From an uncultured delta proteobacterium (GTDB lineage: Bacteria; Myxococcota; Myxococcia; Myxococcales; Myxococcaceae), in the NCBI GenBank assembly GCA_963796055.1, contig CAWCKH010000005.1, positions 1-64,000 on the forward strand: a stretch of DNA of 64,000 bases, read 5' to 3'. Shown in pieces: positions 9,386 to 20,506 of the stretch. The notes below the pieces were generated by a model that saw nothing but the letters and a program-made list of their open reading frames with translations, did not search any database and was not told where the DNA came from. The stretch's first letter is position 1. The number at the start of each line of letters is the position of its first letter. The translations under genes and the position numbers were made by a program.

Positions 9386-9736
9386 TCAGCCCTCGTTGAC
9401 CGGGGCAGGCGGTGGGTTCACGTCGGGCGCTGCCTCTACGGTCCCCGGGGCCACGGCCTCGGGGTGCTTCTTCGGCGTGGCGGCGCCGCGACACCCGCGG
9501 CACCAGGGCTGGTTGCGGATGGCGCCGTCCGGCATCTTGCGCAGCCCGAACTGGGCCAGCGGGCGGACGTGGCGGCACTTGAGGCACATCAGGGTGATGA
9601 GGACCTCGTGCCCGTCGGCGTCGAAGACGGCGCTCGCCCGGCGCTTCCGGGGGCGCGCCCCCTCCGCAGCACGAGGCCGGTGCGCCGGCGGCGCGAGGGC
9701 GGGCGTCACCTTGTAGAGCATGGTTCCCTGGATCAA
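9386..9736 (-). CDS. Small CxxC...CxxC zinc-ribbon-like protein
   Basis: LMCLKCRHVRPLAQFGLRKMPDGAIRNQPWCRGCR; start may be 9721. Confidence 0.65.
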   Translation of the reverse strand: MIQGTMLYKVTPALAPPAHRPRAAEGARPRKRRASAVFDADGHEVLITLMCLKCRHVRPLAQFGLRKMPDGAIRNQPWCRGCRGAATPKKHPEAVAPGTVEAAPDVNPPPAPVNEG

Positions 9737-9774
9737 CCAGGAGCCCCTGACACCGGCCCGCCGAGGCCAGTGGA

Positions 9775-11037
9775 TCAGCGGCGTTGGCGGCGCCCCGGAA
9801 GCAGGAGCGCCAGCCCAGCCAGCAGCGCGAGCAGGGCCGGGCTACCCGCGGCCGTGGCGCAGCTCGAGGAGTTGTCGACGGGGATGCCAGGCCCCATCGG
9901 TCCGCCTCCGGGTGCGGGACCGTTCGACGGATTGCCCCCATCGCCCGCGTCGGGAGCGCCGCCGTCCGGCTGACCGCCATCCGCCGGACCGCGCGGGTCC
10001 GTCGTCGTGTCCACGACGAGCCCACCGTCGACCTGCCCGGCGAGAACGTCCCATCGCATCAGCGCGAGGTTGGTGTGCGTGCGGTCACCGACGGCGATGA
10101 CTCCCGCGGGCAGCGTCGCTCCGGCGGGAAGGTTGGTGACGGCCACACCGGCCGGAGCGGTGATCACCCCCTGGGTGTCCTCCGGGACGACCCGGAACGC
10201 GCTCGACCTCGGATTGCCGAGAAGCAGGTCGTAGACGGTGATGCCCTGCCCGTTGGCGGCGAGGAGGTAGCTGGCGTTCTGACCGGCGTACACCGCCAGC
10301 CCGGTGACCGGCGGCGACAGCCGTCCCTGGCTGGCCAGCGCCGCGTCGAACACCGTCGGAGGGCCGGCGTCGAGGCGGGCATCGAAGACGTAGAGGTCCC
10401 CCACCACCTTGCCACCCACGAACCCGACGTTGTTCAGCCCGTCGAAGAAGATGCTGTACGACTCGTCGGAGGCACCCACGCCCCCGGGCGAGGCCGGGAT
10501 GTCGAGGCCTCGGGTGGCGACGACGTTGCCCGAGGACAGGTCGAGGTCCCAGCGGGTGATCCGGAATCCGTCCGAGACCAGCAGGGCGGCGCCACCGCCG
10601 GGCACCGCGGAGAGCGCGATCTGCGTTCCGGCAGGGATGGAGGTGAGCGGGACCTTGGGCGAAAACGTCCCTCCGTCCACCGTGCCGAAGAGGACCCCCC
10701 CGTTGGTGCTGACGGCGAGCAAGGTCACGGATTTGCTGCCCACCGTCACAGCCGGGGCGGTGGCCACGGCGTCGACCTGCGCGGGGAGCCCGCTCAGGGT
10801 CGCCGCGGCCTGGGTGCCGAGCACGAAGGGGACCGAGGTCCCGCCGCCCGTGCCGAAGAGCAGCGACTGCGCGGCGTCCACCCCGGGGTCCGGAAGCCAG
10901 AGGGCGGTCTGCATCGCCGTGGCGCCCACCGGCGAGGACGCCGGAGTGCGGGCCGCAATCGGCACGAAGTAGGTGGCCGGCTGGGCGGAGACGACCGCTC
11001 CGAGGAGCAGCGCGGTGGCGAGCGCGAGGCGGGTCAC
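9775..11037 (-). CDS. MYXO-CTERM surface protein, phytase-like beta-propeller
   Basis: Signal peptide, beta-rich repeats, PDGG/DAG linker, C-terminal SSCATAAGSPALLALLAGLALLLPGRRQRR sorting signal; phytase-like call is by resemblance. Confidence 0.7.
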   Translation of the reverse strand: MTRLALATALLLGAVVSAQPATYFVPIAARTPASSPVGATAMQTALWLPDPGVDAAQSLLFGTGGGTSVPFVLGTQAAATLSGLPAQVDAVATAPAVTVGSKSVTLLAVSTNGGVLFGTVDGGTFSPKVPLTSIPAGTQIALSAVPGGGAALLVSDGFRITRWDLDLSSGNVVATRGLDIPASPGGVGASDESYSIFFDGLNNVGFVGGKVVGDLYVFDARLDAGPPTVFDAALASQGRLSPPVTGLAVYAGQNASYLLAANGQGITVYDLLLGNPRSSAFRVVPEDTQGVITAPAGVAVTNLPAGATLPAGVIAVGDRTHTNLALMRWDVLAGQVDGGLVVDTTTDPRGPADGGQPDGGAPDAGDGGNPSNGPAPGGGPMGPGIPVDNSSSCATAAGSPALLALLAGLALLLPGRRQRR

Positions 11038-11074
11038 GGGCTGCGGGATGCTACCACCGTGACCCGGGATGGCC

Positions 11075-12160
11075 TCAGGTGCGCACCAGACCCCGGTAGA
11101 CCTCCACCAGGTGGGCGGCGACGTCGTCCCAGCGGAACGCGCGGGCATGGGCGCGGCCGGCCTCGCCCCGGCGGGTGCGCTCGGCCGGCTCGTCGAGGAG
11201 CCTCTGAAGCGCTGCGGCGAGCGCGGCGTCGTCGTCGGGCGCGAGCTGGATCGCCGCCTCGCCGCAGACCTCGGGCAGCGCGGCGGCGGTGCTGACCACC
11301 ACCGGCGTCCCGAGCGCCATCGCCTCCAGCGGTGGAAGCCCGAATCCCTCGTCGCGCGAGGGAAAGACGAACACCGGGGCGGCGGCCATCAGCGCCCAGA
11401 GGAGCGGCTCGGCCAGGAACCCGAGCGGGCGGATGTCCACGCCGTGGCCGCGGAGAGCGCCGATGCGCCGCTCGACTGGCCCGGCGCCGTACCAGCGCTG
11501 CCCGGCGAGCACCAGGGTAGGGGCGCGCGGGCCGAGCCGCTCCAGCGCGTCGAGCACCAGGCCCACGTTCTTCCGGGCATCGAGCGCGCCGGCGAAGAGC
11601 ACCCAGCGCTCCGGAAGCCCCAGGCTCCGCAGCCACGCCTGCGAGACCGGGTCGAGCGGCCGGGGCTGGACGTGGTCCACGCCGTTGTGGACCACCGAGA
11701 CCCGCCCCGGGTCCAGGTCCGGGAAGCGCGCCAGGAGCTGTCCCCGCGTCCAGGCGCTGACGCACACCACGTGGTCCGCCACCTGGAGGCTCCTCCCCAG
11801 CCACAGCCGGAACTGCCAGTGGAACGCCGCCGAGACGGTGTCCGGCGAGGTGAGCGGGATGAGGTCGTGCACCGTGAGCACGAAGGGCATCCCGGGAATG
11901 CGGAGCAGCGGCAGGTCGACGTTCCCCACCGCGTGGAACAGCGATGCCCCGCTGTGCGGAAGCACCCGGGGCAGCTCGGCCAGGGTGTGGAGGGTACGGC
12001 TGCGGACGCGGCGCGGCAGCTCTCCGGAGTGGCGCGCCCCCACCCGGAGCACCCGCACCCCGCGCGCTTGCAGCGCCCCGGCCACCGAGCGGCTGTAGCG
12101 GGAGATGCCGGTGGTCGGCTCGTCCCACAGGGTCGCGTCGAGGGCCACGGTGAGCTCCAC
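11075..12160 (-). CDS. Glycosyltransferase family 4
   Basis: ALDAT...TGISRY, TVHDLIP, RKN, FPSRDEGFGLPPLEAMALG. Confidence 0.9.
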   Translation of the reverse strand: MELTVALDATLWDEPTTGISRYSRSVAGALQARGVRVLRVGARHSGELPRRVRSRTLHTLAELPRVLPHSGASLFHAVGNVDLPLLRIPGMPFVLTVHDLIPLTSPDTVSAAFHWQFRLWLGRSLQVADHVVCVSAWTRGQLLARFPDLDPGRVSVVHNGVDHVQPRPLDPVSQAWLRSLGLPERWVLFAGALDARKNVGLVLDALERLGPRAPTLVLAGQRWYGAGPVERRIGALRGHGVDIRPLGFLAEPLLWALMAAAPVFVFPSRDEGFGLPPLEAMALGTPVVVSTAAALPEVCGEAAIQLAPDDDAALAAALQRLLDEPAERTRRGEAGRAHARAFRWDDVAAHLVEVYRGLVRT

Positions 12161-12205
12161 GGACGGGCGCACCCTGACACATGTGCTAGAGCCCCCGCGA
12201 GCTTC

Positions 12206-14440
12206 ATGGTCGTCCACCAGCTCGTCCCCCACTTCCGCATCGGCGATGCGACCGCGCAGGCGGCGATCCACTTCCGGGCGCTGCTGCGGCGGCTGGGGCA
12301 CTGGGGCGGGCTGTTCAGCGTGAGCCAGGAGCCGGGCACCGAGGCGCTGGTCCAGCCGCTGCCGATGCTGCGGGTCCAGCCGGACGACCTGGTGCTCTAC
12401 CACCACGCCATCGGGAGCCGGCTGGCGGCGCACCTGCTCCATATCCCCTGCCGTCGCGGGGTGGTGTTCCACAACCTGTCGCCGCTGCGCTTCTATCGGG
12501 GCACCTCACTCGAGCCGCCGCTCCTCTCCGGGCGGGCGCAGCTGTCGGGCATGGCGCCGCACGTGGCGCTGGCCATCGGGGTGTCGGACTTCAACTCCGC
12601 CGAGCTCCGCCGCGCCGGCTACGCCAACGTCCACACCGTCCCGCTCTTCGTCGAGTCGGAGCGCTTCGGCCCGGACCGGGTGGACGCCGCCATGGCAGCA
12701 CGGCTTCGGTCGCCCGCGTTCACCCTGGTGAGCGTGAGCCGGGTGGTGCCCCACAAGCGCTTCGAGGATCTCCTCGCGCTGCACCGGGAGGTGCTGCGGC
12801 TCCGGCCCGGCGCGCGCCTGCTGGTGGTGGGCGGGGTGGACCGGCTCTTCCCGGCGGTGCGGGCGCTGGAGGCCGAGGCGGCGCGGACGCCCGGGGTGAC
12901 CTTGCTCGGACGAGTGAGCCACGGCGAGCTGGTGGCCGTGTACCGGAGCGGCTCGGTCTTCGTGTCGATGAGCGAGCACGAGGGCTTCGGCGTGCCTCTG
13001 CTCGAGGCGATGGCGGCGGAGGTCCCGGTGCTGGCGTACGCAGCGGCCGCTGTTCTCGAGACGCTGGGCGGCGCGGGCATCGGCTTCGACGAGAAGCGGT
13101 TCGCGCTCCTGGCCGAGCTCGCGGTGCAGCTGCAGACCGATGCCCGGCTCCGCGCCCGGGTGCTGGCCGGACAGCGGCGAAGGCTCGAGGCGCTCGGCCC
13201 CGGGCACAGCGAGGAGCGGCTGGGGGTGGCCCTGGAGAGCGTGGACGTCCGCCCTGCGTCGAGGGGACGCCGGACGACGCGCCGTCCGCGGGTGGGCATC
13301 GTCGTCCAGCGCTATGGCCCGGGCATCACCGGAGGGGCCGAGGCCCACGCGGCCCAGGTGGTGGCCCGCATGCTCCCCCACTGGGAGATGCGGATCCTCA
13401 CCAGCTGCGCCACGGACCACCTCACCTGGGCGAACACGCTCCCGGCCGGCGAGTCGCGCGTGGACGGCGTGCCGGTGCTGCGCTTTCCGAATCCCCGGCC
13501 CCGTCCGATGCTCGAGCTCAACCGGCTCTCGCGCCGGCTCTTCGGCCGCGCGCTGGACCGGGCGGAGGAGGAGAACTGGATGGCGCTCCAGGGGCCGCTC
13601 CTGCCCGGGCTGTGGCGCCACCTCGCCGAGCACGGCTCCGAGTACGACGGCTTCGTCGCCTTCACCTATCTCTACGTGTCGACGGCGTGGTCGGTGCCGC
13701 TGGTCGGTGACCGCACCCTGCTCGTGCCCACCGCGCACGACGATGAGGCGCTGGCGTTCGACGCCTACGCCGAGGTGTTCGAGCGGCCCCGCGCCCTGCT
13801 GGTGAACACGCCCGAGGAGCTGGAGCTCATCCAGCGCCGATTCCCGCGGCACGCCCGCGCCCGCGTGGTAGGCGTGGGGGTGGACCCGCCGGTGGTGAAG
13901 GCCGAGCGCTTCCGGGCGCGCTTCGCGGTTGCTGAGGACTACCTGCTGTACGTGGGGCGGGTGGAGCGCGGAAAGGGAATTCCCGAGCTGCTCGAGGCGT
14001 ATGGACGCCTCCGGGCAGCAGGAGCGGACGCGCCGACCTTGGTCCTGGCCGGCGAGGCGAGCATGGACATCCGGGCGGAAGGAGTGCGGGTGGTGGGTCG
14101 GCTGAGCGAGCAGGAGAAGTGGGACGGGCTGGCGGGGGCGCTGGCGGCGGTGGTGCCCTCGGCGAGGGAGAGCCTGTCGCTGCTCGCGCTCGAGGCCTTC
14201 GCCGTGGGGACGCCGGTGCTGGGAAACGCCGCGAGCGCGGTGGTGCGCGGCCATGTGGAGCGGAGCCACGCCGGGGTGGAATTCGCCGACGCGCTGGCGT
14301 TCGTCGAGGCGGTGGCCCGGGTGCAGCGAGAGCGCCCGGCGATGGCCCGGGCGGCGCGCCGCTACGCGTCCGGGCACGGATGGGCGCGGGTGGTCGACGC
14401 CTACCGGGAGGAGATGGATGCGATGGTGAGGCCCGGATGA
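12206..14440 (+). CDS. Tandem two-domain GT4 glycosyltransferase
   Basis: SEHEGFGVPLLEAM in domain 1; VVQRYG...GGAE and PSARESLSLLALEAF in domain 2. Confidence 0.9.
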   Translation: MVVHQLVPHFRIGDATAQAAIHFRALLRRLGHWGGLFSVSQEPGTEALVQPLPMLRVQPDDLVLYHHAIGSRLAAHLLHIPCRRGVVFHNLSPLRFYRGTSLEPPLLSGRAQLSGMAPHVALAIGVSDFNSAELRRAGYANVHTVPLFVESERFGPDRVDAAMAARLRSPAFTLVSVSRVVPHKRFEDLLALHREVLRLRPGARLLVVGGVDRLFPAVRALEAEAARTPGVTLLGRVSHGELVAVYRSGSVFVSMSEHEGFGVPLLEAMAAEVPVLAYAAAAVLETLGGAGIGFDEKRFALLAELAVQLQTDARLRARVLAGQRRRLEALGPGHSEERLGVALESVDVRPASRGRRTTRRPRVGIVVQRYGPGITGGAEAHAAQVVARMLPHWEMRILTSCATDHLTWANTLPAGESRVDGVPVLRFPNPRPRPMLELNRLSRRLFGRALDRAEEENWMALQGPLLPGLWRHLAEHGSEYDGFVAFTYLYVSTAWSVPLVGDRTLLVPTAHDDEALAFDAYAEVFERPRALLVNTPEELELIQRRFPRHARARVVGVGVDPPVVKAERFRARFAVAEDYLLYVGRVERGKGIPELLEAYGRLRAAGADAPTLVLAGEASMDIRAEGVRVVGRLSEQEKWDGLAGALAAVVPSARESLSLLALEAFAVGTPVLGNAASAVVRGHVERSHAGVEFADALAFVEAVARVQRERPAMARAARRYASGHGWARVVDAYREEMDAMVRPG

Positions 14441-14889
14441 AGCTCCTTGGACGCGACATCGACGCCCGGGCATTGCTCCACGCGGCACGCGAGCGGCTGG
14501 AGGCCCGCGGCATCCGCGAGGACGCGCTGGTGGTGGACCCCGAGCCCGAGCCGGTGCTCGAGCCGCTCTCGTTCCTGGTGCGGTCGCTGGAGGAGAACGA
14601 GGACCCGACGGTGGGGCTGCCCATCGCCACTCACCGGACCGGGCTCGGCCGGGGCGTGGTGGCGGCGAAGTGGGTCTTCCGCCGGACGTGCCAGCTGTTC
14701 ATCAACGAGGCGCTGGGGCGCCAGCGGCTGTTCAACGCCCAGCTGCGGGACCTCTCCGCCCAGCTCGCGGCCGAGGTGATCCGCCTCCGGGCCCAGGTGG
14801 AGGCGCTCGAGGCGGAGAAGGCGAAGGCCGAGCGCACCGCCCGGCTCTCGCCGCCCCCGCGCCGTCGCACGGGGAAGGCCCGGAGATGA
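14437..14889 (+). CDS. Small coiled-coil protein of the O-antigen export operon
   Basis: ATGA overlaps at both ends; THR..G..K...Q.LFN motif followed by heptad repeats. Confidence 0.75.
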   Translation: MKLLGRDIDARALLHAARERLEARGIREDALVVDPEPEPVLEPLSFLVRSLEENEDPTVGLPIATHRTGLGRGVVAAKWVFRRTCQLFINEALGRQRLFNAQLRDLSAQLAAEVIRLRAQVEALEAEKAKAERTARLSPPPRRRTGKARR

Positions 14890-15665
14890 TCAAGAACCTC
14901 CAGGAGCTCTGGCAGTACCGGGCCCTGCTCTGGAACCTGACCCAGCGGGAGCTGAAGGCGCGCTACCGCGGGTCGGCGCTGGGGTTTCTGTGGACGTTCG
15001 TGAACCCGCTGCTGCTGATGGCGGTCTACGCGCTGGTGTTCGGGGTGATCCAGAAGAACAGCATCCCCCACTACACCTACTTCCTGTTTGTCGGACTGCT
15101 CCCGTGGATCTGGTTCTCCACCTCGGTGGGTTCGGGTGCGAGCACCATCAGCGACCGCCGGGATCTGCTGACGAAGGTGCGTTTCCCTGCCCAGGTGCTT
15201 CCGGCGACAGTGGTGGCCACGAACCTGGCCAACTTCCTGCTCTCGCTCCCTCTGATGGTCGCCCTCGGCGGCATCGTCGGCGTCTGGCCCAACGTGCACG
15301 TGCTGGCCTTCCCGCTGGTGCTCTTCGCGCAGCTGGTGTTCACCCTGGCGGTGACCTTCATCGTCTCGGCGCTGAACGTGCGCTTCCGCGACCTGCAGCA
15401 CATCGTGCAGAACATCCTGACGCTCTGGTTCTTCGTCACCCCGGTGCTCTACATCCCCAATGCGATCCCGGAGGGGGCGCGGCGGCTGTATCTGATCGCC
15501 AATCCAATGGCGGTGATCATCAACTCCTACCACGGGATCTTCTACGAGCACCGCTGGCCGCACTGGCGGGCACTGGCCTTCGTCACCCTGGGCTCGCTGG
15601 TACTGCTCGCCGTGGCGGCGCGCGTCTTCGAGGAGCGGCGCGAGGAGTTCGCCGAGCTGGTCTGA
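14886..15665 (+). CDS. wzm: O-antigen ABC transporter permease
   Basis: RELKARYRGSALGFLW, FRDLQHIV, FFVTPVLY, NPM motifs. Confidence 0.93.
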   Translation: MIKNLQELWQYRALLWNLTQRELKARYRGSALGFLWTFVNPLLLMAVYALVFGVIQKNSIPHYTYFLFVGLLPWIWFSTSVGSGASTISDRRDLLTKVRFPAQVLPATVVATNLANFLLSLPLMVALGGIVGVWPNVHVLAFPLVLFAQLVFTLAVTFIVSALNVRFRDLQHIVQNILTLWFFVTPVLYIPNAIPEGARRLYLIANPMAVIINSYHGIFYEHRWPHWRALAFVTLGSLVLLAVAARVFEERREEFAELV

Positions 15666-15669
15666 CACC

Positions 15670-16962
15670 ATGAGCGATGCGATCGTCCTCACCGAGGTGA
15701 GCAAGACCTTCCGCAAGAGCACCATCAAGCGGGAGTACACCACCGTGAAGAGCGAGGTCGTGCGCTGGCTGCGCCGGCAGAAGCGTCCCGAGGCTCCGTC
15801 CTCCAGCATCCACGCGCTGCGTAACGTGTCCCTGGCGGTGCCGGAGGGGAAGACCTATGGGCTGGTGGGGCGCAACGGCTCGGGCAAGTCCACCCTGTTG
15901 AAGCTGGTGACCGGCATCTACTCCCCGACCTCGGGCAAGGTGGAGGTGCACGGGCGCATCTCGGCGCTGCTAGAGCTGGGGGCCGGCTTCCACCCCGACT
16001 TCTCGGGCCGGGAGAACATCCTGGTGAACGGGATCATCCTCGGGATGTCGCGGCGGGAGATCCGCTCCCGGGTGGAGGAGATCATCGAGTTCTCGGAGCT
16101 GGGAGACTTCATCGACGAGCCGGTGCGGACCTACTCCAGCGGGATGTACGCCCGGCTGGCGTTCGCGGTGGCCACCCACGTCGACCCGGAGATCCTGATC
16201 ATCGACGAGATCCTCAGCGTGGGCGACGAGCACTTCGGGCGGAAGAGCGCGGCGAAGATGGAGGAGTTCCGGCGGGCGGGGAAGACGACCCTGCTGGTGA
16301 CCCACGACCTCGGCACGCTGCAGCGCCGGTGCGACCTGGCGGCCTGGCTGGACGGCGGTGAGCTCAAGGTTTCGGGCGACCCGGTCGAGGTGGTCAACGC
16401 TTACCGGACCGCCGTCGCCGAGGCCGAGATCGCCGCGGTGGAGCAGCCGGTGCACGGCTCGAGGCCGCTTGCCGCCCAGCAGCCCCATTCCGGCCCGCCG
16501 GCGGAGCCCGGAAGGCGGTGGGGGAGCTTCCACTCGGAGCTCGGGCCGGTGGTCCTCCGGGGACGGGACGGACCTCAGCACGTCTTTGCCCCGGACGACG
16601 CCTTCCGTCTGGAGGTGGGCTTCGAACACTTCGACGGACCGCGCGAAGCTACGCTAGAGCTGACGCTCCGCACGGAGGGCGGAACCAACGTCTGGGTGAG
16701 CACCGTGGAGCTGGTCCCCGGTGAGACGCGAGGCACGGTGGAGCTCGAGCTGCCGCGGCTGGGCCTGGGCGACGGAAACTACCTGCTGGATCTCACGCTG
16801 AGCACCGACCGAGGTCAGCAGGTGCGCGACGTCCAGCGGGGCCTCCACGGATTTGCTGTTCGGGCGGCGGCGCAGACCGGCCTCATCGCGCCGGTACACC
16901 GCTGGGCGGGCCCGGTCGCCGCGGAGCCCGGCCTCGACCGTTCGCGTGCCAACGGGCAGTGA
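15670..16962 (+). CDS. wzt: O-antigen ABC transporter ATPase with C-terminal carbohydrate-binding domain
   Basis: GRNGSGKST, LELGAGFHPDFSGREN, YSSGM, DEILSVGD; Wzt_C-like extension beginning RRWGS. Confidence 0.93.
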   Translation: MSDAIVLTEVSKTFRKSTIKREYTTVKSEVVRWLRRQKRPEAPSSSIHALRNVSLAVPEGKTYGLVGRNGSGKSTLLKLVTGIYSPTSGKVEVHGRISALLELGAGFHPDFSGRENILVNGIILGMSRREIRSRVEEIIEFSELGDFIDEPVRTYSSGMYARLAFAVATHVDPEILIIDEILSVGDEHFGRKSAAKMEEFRRAGKTTLLVTHDLGTLQRRCDLAAWLDGGELKVSGDPVEVVNAYRTAVAEAEIAAVEQPVHGSRPLAAQQPHSGPPAEPGRRWGSFHSELGPVVLRGRDGPQHVFAPDDAFRLEVGFEHFDGPREATLELTLRTEGGTNVWVSTVELVPGETRGTVELELPRLGLGDGNYLLDLTLSTDRGQQVRDVQRGLHGFAVRAAAQTGLIAPVHRWAGPVAAEPGLDRSRANGQ

Positions 16963-16965
16963 GAC

Positions 16966-17514
16966 TCAGTGGAAGACGGGAAGCATCGGCGCTGCGTCGA
17001 GCGTCGGGGCGGCCCGATCCTTGGCGGAGAGGAGCGGCTCCTTTGCCGGCCAGGGAATGCCGAGTCGCGGGTCGTTCCAGGCGATGCTCCGCTCCGCCTC
17101 GGGCACGTAGAACTCGGTGCACTTGTAGAAGAAGTCGGCCGAGTCGCTGAGGACGCAGAACCCATGGGCGAAGCCGGGGGGGATCCAGACCTGGCGCGGT
17201 TCCGCCTCGGAGAGCTCGAGCGCCACCCAGCGCCCGAACCTCGGCGAACCACGGCGAATGTCGACCGCCACGTCGTACACCGTCCCGCGCAGCACCTGGA
17301 CCAGCTTCCCCTGCGCGCGCGGCTCCTGGAAGTGCAGGCCGCGCAGGGTTCCCCGGATGGAGCGGGAGTGGTTGTCCTGCACGAACGGGCCCTGGATGCC
17401 GGCCTCGGCGTAGCGGGCGGACTGGAAGCCCTCGTAGAAGAAGCCGCGGCTATCGCCGTGGACCCTGGGCTCGATGAGCAGGACCTCGGGGAGCTCGGTG
17501 GGAATGACCCTCAT
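16966..17514 (-). CDS. rmlC: dTDP-4-dehydrorhamnose 3,5-epimerase
   Basis: [30 protein letters not shown]. Confidence 0.97.
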   Translation of the reverse strand: MRVIPTELPEVLLIEPRVHGDSRGFFYEGFQSARYAEAGIQGPFVQDNHSRSIRGTLRGLHFQEPRAQGKLVQVLRGTVYDVAVDIRRGSPRFGRWVALELSEAEPRQVWIPPGFAHGFCVLSDSADFFYKCTEFYVPEAERSIAWNDPRLGIPWPAKEPLLSAKDRAAPTLDAAPMLPVFH

Positions 17515-18392
17515 CCGATGGCTCCTCGGTTCTCCAGCAGGTCGAGCAGGTAGCGTCCGTACTCGTTCTTCCGCATCGGCTCGGCCAGCGCGGTGAGCTG
17601 CTGCGCGTCGATGTACCCCATCCGGAAGGCGATCTCCTCGACGCACGACACCTTGAGCCCCTGACGGCGCTCGACGATCTCGATGAAGGTGGAGGCGCTC
17701 TGCAGCGACTCGTGGGTGCCGGTGTCCAGCCAGGCGAACCCACGCCCCAGGACCTGGACGTGCAGGTCACCCTGCTGGAGGTAGTACCGGTTGACGTCGG
17801 TGATCTCCAGCTCTCCGCGGGCCGAGGGCTTGAGGCCGGCGGCGATGTCGAGAACGCGGTTGTCGTAGAAGTAGAGCCCGGTCACCGCATAGTTCGACTT
17901 CGGATGCGCGGGCTTCTCCTCGATCGACCGGGCCCGGTTGTCCGGACCCAGCTCGACCACGCCGTACCGCTCCGGATCGCGGACGTAATAGGCGAACACG
18001 GTCGCCCCCGCCTGGCGTGCGGCGGCGGATACCAGATGTTCGGGCAGGCCGTGGCCGTGGAAGATGTTGTCTCCCAGGACCAGCGCCACCGGGTCGCTCC
18101 CCACGAAGGAGCGGCCGATGACGAAGGCCTGGGCCAGACCCTCGGGTCGGGGCTGCTCGGCGTAGAAGAACCGGAGCCCCCATTGTGCTCCGGTACCGAG
18201 CAGCTCACGGAAGCGGGGGAGGTCCTGAGGCGTGGAGATGATCAGGATGTCGCGGATCCCCGCGAGCATCAGCGTGCTCAGCGGGTAGTAGATCATCGGC
18301 TTGTCGTAGACGGGCAGCAGCTGCTTGCTCAACACTCGAGTGAGCGGATACAGCCGGGTGCCCGAACCCCCGGCCAGGATGATTCCCTTCAC
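17511..18392 (-). CDS. rmlA: Glucose-1-phosphate thymidylyltransferase
   Basis: [45 protein letters not shown]. Confidence 0.97.
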   Translation of the reverse strand: MKGIILAGGSGTRLYPLTRVLSKQLLPVYDKPMIYYPLSTLMLAGIRDILIISTPQDLPRFRELLGTGAQWGLRFFYAEQPRPEGLAQAFVIGRSFVGSDPVALVLGDNIFHGHGLPEHLVSAAARQAGATVFAYYVRDPERYGVVELGPDNRARSIEEKPAHPKSNYAVTGLYFYDNRVLDIAAGLKPSARGELEITDVNRYYLQQGDLHVQVLGRGFAWLDTGTHESLQSASTFIEIVERRQGLKVSCVEEIAFRMGYIDAQQLTALAEPMRKNEYGRYLLDLLENRGAIG

Positions 18393-19282
18393 GGTTTGCC
18401 CTCGACCTCGGCCCTGAACTGCTCCAGGGACGCGCGCAGCCCGAGTGGCTTCGCCGTGAGATGCTCCAGCGCCTTGTCCACCTTGAGGCCGCTCCGGGGC
18501 GGACGGGGGCTGGCCATCCCGGCCTCCGCCAGACGGGCAGGTTGCAGGAGCCGAGGGTCCAGGCCGAACACGTCGCAGAGAGCTTCCCCGAACTGCAGCC
18601 GATTCACCACCTCCGTGCCGGCGATGTTCCAGACACCGGGCAGCCTCCGGACAGCCAGTTCGGCGAGCTGCTCGGCGACATTGAGCGCGAGGCTCGGAGA
18701 GACGAACTGATCGACGAAGAGCCTGGCGGTCTTTCCCTCCCGGAGAGTGCCGAGGAGCCAGCTGCCGAAGTTCGGTCGCTGCGAGGGCGGATACCCGTAC
18801 ACCACCGCCGTCCTGGCAATCGCCCAGCTCGGCGCCAGCAGCCTCACCGCTTCTTCCCCGAGCCACTTGGTCCGCGCGTAGACGCCGGAGGGATTCGGGT
18901 GCGCGTCCTCGTCGTAGGGTCCGTCCCGACCATCGAACACGTAGTCCGTCGAGACCTGAACCAGATGGGCGTCGACCGCGCGGGCCTGGGCGGCCACGTT
19001 GGCCGCGGCGGCGACGTTTCCGCTCCAGGCATCCTCGGGCCGCCGCTCGCATGCGTCCACCTCGGTCATCGACGCGGTGTTCACGATGACCTCCGGGCGG
19101 GCCAGCGCGAAGGCCTCGCTCGTGGACCGAACATCGCCGAGGTCGCAGCGGAGGTACTCGAAGTCACCCACCGTCCGTCGATCTCCCCGCGCCACGGCGG
19201 TGACGACGTGCCCCTGGACGACCAGGAGCCGGCAGAGGCGACTTCCGACGAGGCCGTTCGCACCGGTGACCGTGATGCGCAT
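18389..19282 (-). CDS. rmlD: dTDP-4-dehydrorhamnose reductase
   Basis: [21 protein letters not shown]. Confidence 0.93.
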   Translation of the reverse strand: MRITVTGANGLVGSRLCRLLVVQGHVVTAVARGDRRTVGDFEYLRCDLGDVRSTSEAFALARPEVIVNTASMTEVDACERRPEDAWSGNVAAAANVAAQARAVDAHLVQVSTDYVFDGRDGPYDEDAHPNPSGVYARTKWLGEEAVRLLAPSWAIARTAVVYGYPPSQRPNFGSWLLGTLREGKTARLFVDQFVSPSLALNVAEQLAELAVRRLPGVWNIAGTEVVNRLQFGEALCDVFGLDPRLLQPARLAEAGMASPRPPRSGLKVDKALEHLTAKPLGLRASLEQFRAEVEGKP

Positions 19283-19291
19283 GCGCCGAGG

Positions 19292-20311
19292 CTACCCTCC
19301 GAGCCGCGTCCGGTACTGCGTCTCGTAGTACTGGCGGTAGGCCCCACTCTTCACGTGCTTCCACCAGTCGGGGTGATCCACGTACCAGCGGACGGTGGCC
19401 TCCAGCCCTTGCTGGAAGGTGCGCTGGGGCTTGTACCCCAGCTCGGAGCTGATCTTGGTCGGATCGATCGCGTAGCGCCGATCGTGCCCCGGCCGATCCT
19501 CGACGAAGCGGATCAGGCTCTCCGGCTTGCCGAGCGCGGCGAGGAGCATCTTCACCAGATCCAGGTTCCGATGCTCGGCGCCGCCACCGATGTTGTACAC
19601 CTCGCCGGGCCGACCTCGCTCGAGGACGGCGAGCAGCGCGCGGCAGTGGTCCTCGACGTGGAGCCAGTCGCGGACGTTTCCCCCGTCGCCGTAGACCGGG
19701 AGCGGCTCGTCGTGCAGCGCGTTCACCACCATGAGGGGGATGAGCTTCTCCGGAAACTGGTACGGCCCGTAGTTGTTCGAGCAGCGGGTCACGACCACGT
19801 CGAGCTTGAAGGTGTGGTGGAACGCCAGAGCGAGCAAGTCCGCGGCGGCCTTGGACGCGGAGTACGGGCTCGAGGGCTGGAGCGGTGAGGTCTCGGTGAA
19901 GGCCCCCTTCGGACCGAGCGAGCCGTAGACCTCGTCGGTGGAAACCATCACGAAGCGCCGCACCTTCCGCCGGTGACAGGCCTCGAGCAGAACCTGGGTC
20001 CCGAGGACGTTGGTGCGGACGAAGAGCTCCGGACCGAGGATGGAGCGATCGACGTGGCTCTCCGCCGCGAGGTGGAGGATGGCATCGATCCGATGCTCGG
20101 CAAGCAGGTACTCGGCGAGCTCGCGGTTGCCGATGTCGCCCCGGACGAAGACGTGGCCCCGGTCGCCCTCCAGGTCCGCGAGGTTCTCGAGGTTCCCCGC
20201 ATAGGTGAGCAGGTCGAGGTTCACCACCGTCCAGTCCGGCCGCTCGGCCCGCAGAAGACGGACCAGGTTCGAGCCGATGAATCCGCAGCCGCCGGTGACG
20301 AGGACGCGCAT
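19292..20311 (-). CDS. rmlB: dTDP-glucose 4,6-dehydratase
   Basis: TGGCGFIG, LTYAGN, AAESHVDRSI, STDEVYG, YSASK, DRPGHDRRYA. Confidence 0.97.
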   Translation of the reverse strand: MRVLVTGGCGFIGSNLVRLLRAERPDWTVVNLDLLTYAGNLENLADLEGDRGHVFVRGDIGNRELAEYLLAEHRIDAILHLAAESHVDRSILGPELFVRTNVLGTQVLLEACHRRKVRRFVMVSTDEVYGSLGPKGAFTETSPLQPSSPYSASKAAADLLALAFHHTFKLDVVVTRCSNNYGPYQFPEKLIPLMVVNALHDEPLPVYGDGGNVRDWLHVEDHCRALLAVLERGRPGEVYNIGGGAEHRNLDLVKMLLAALGKPESLIRFVEDRPGHDRRYAIDPTKISSELGYKPQRTFQQGLEATVRWYVDHPDWWKHVKSGAYRQYYETQYRTRLGG

Positions 20312-20506
20312 GGAACCGCGCCCGTCTTTCACGGTCATCGTCGGTCAGTCAAGCGGGCGCACGCCAAGGGGGCGGTCGGAGGTGGCGATCGTTTGACCTG
20401 CCCCCGGGCGTGTCCTAGAAGCCGCCGGGGCAGAGCTCTCGGGACTGTTGGGGGGAGCTTCCGCACGAAGCCAGCCGTCCCAGGAAGCACGACCACCGAG
20501 TCGATC

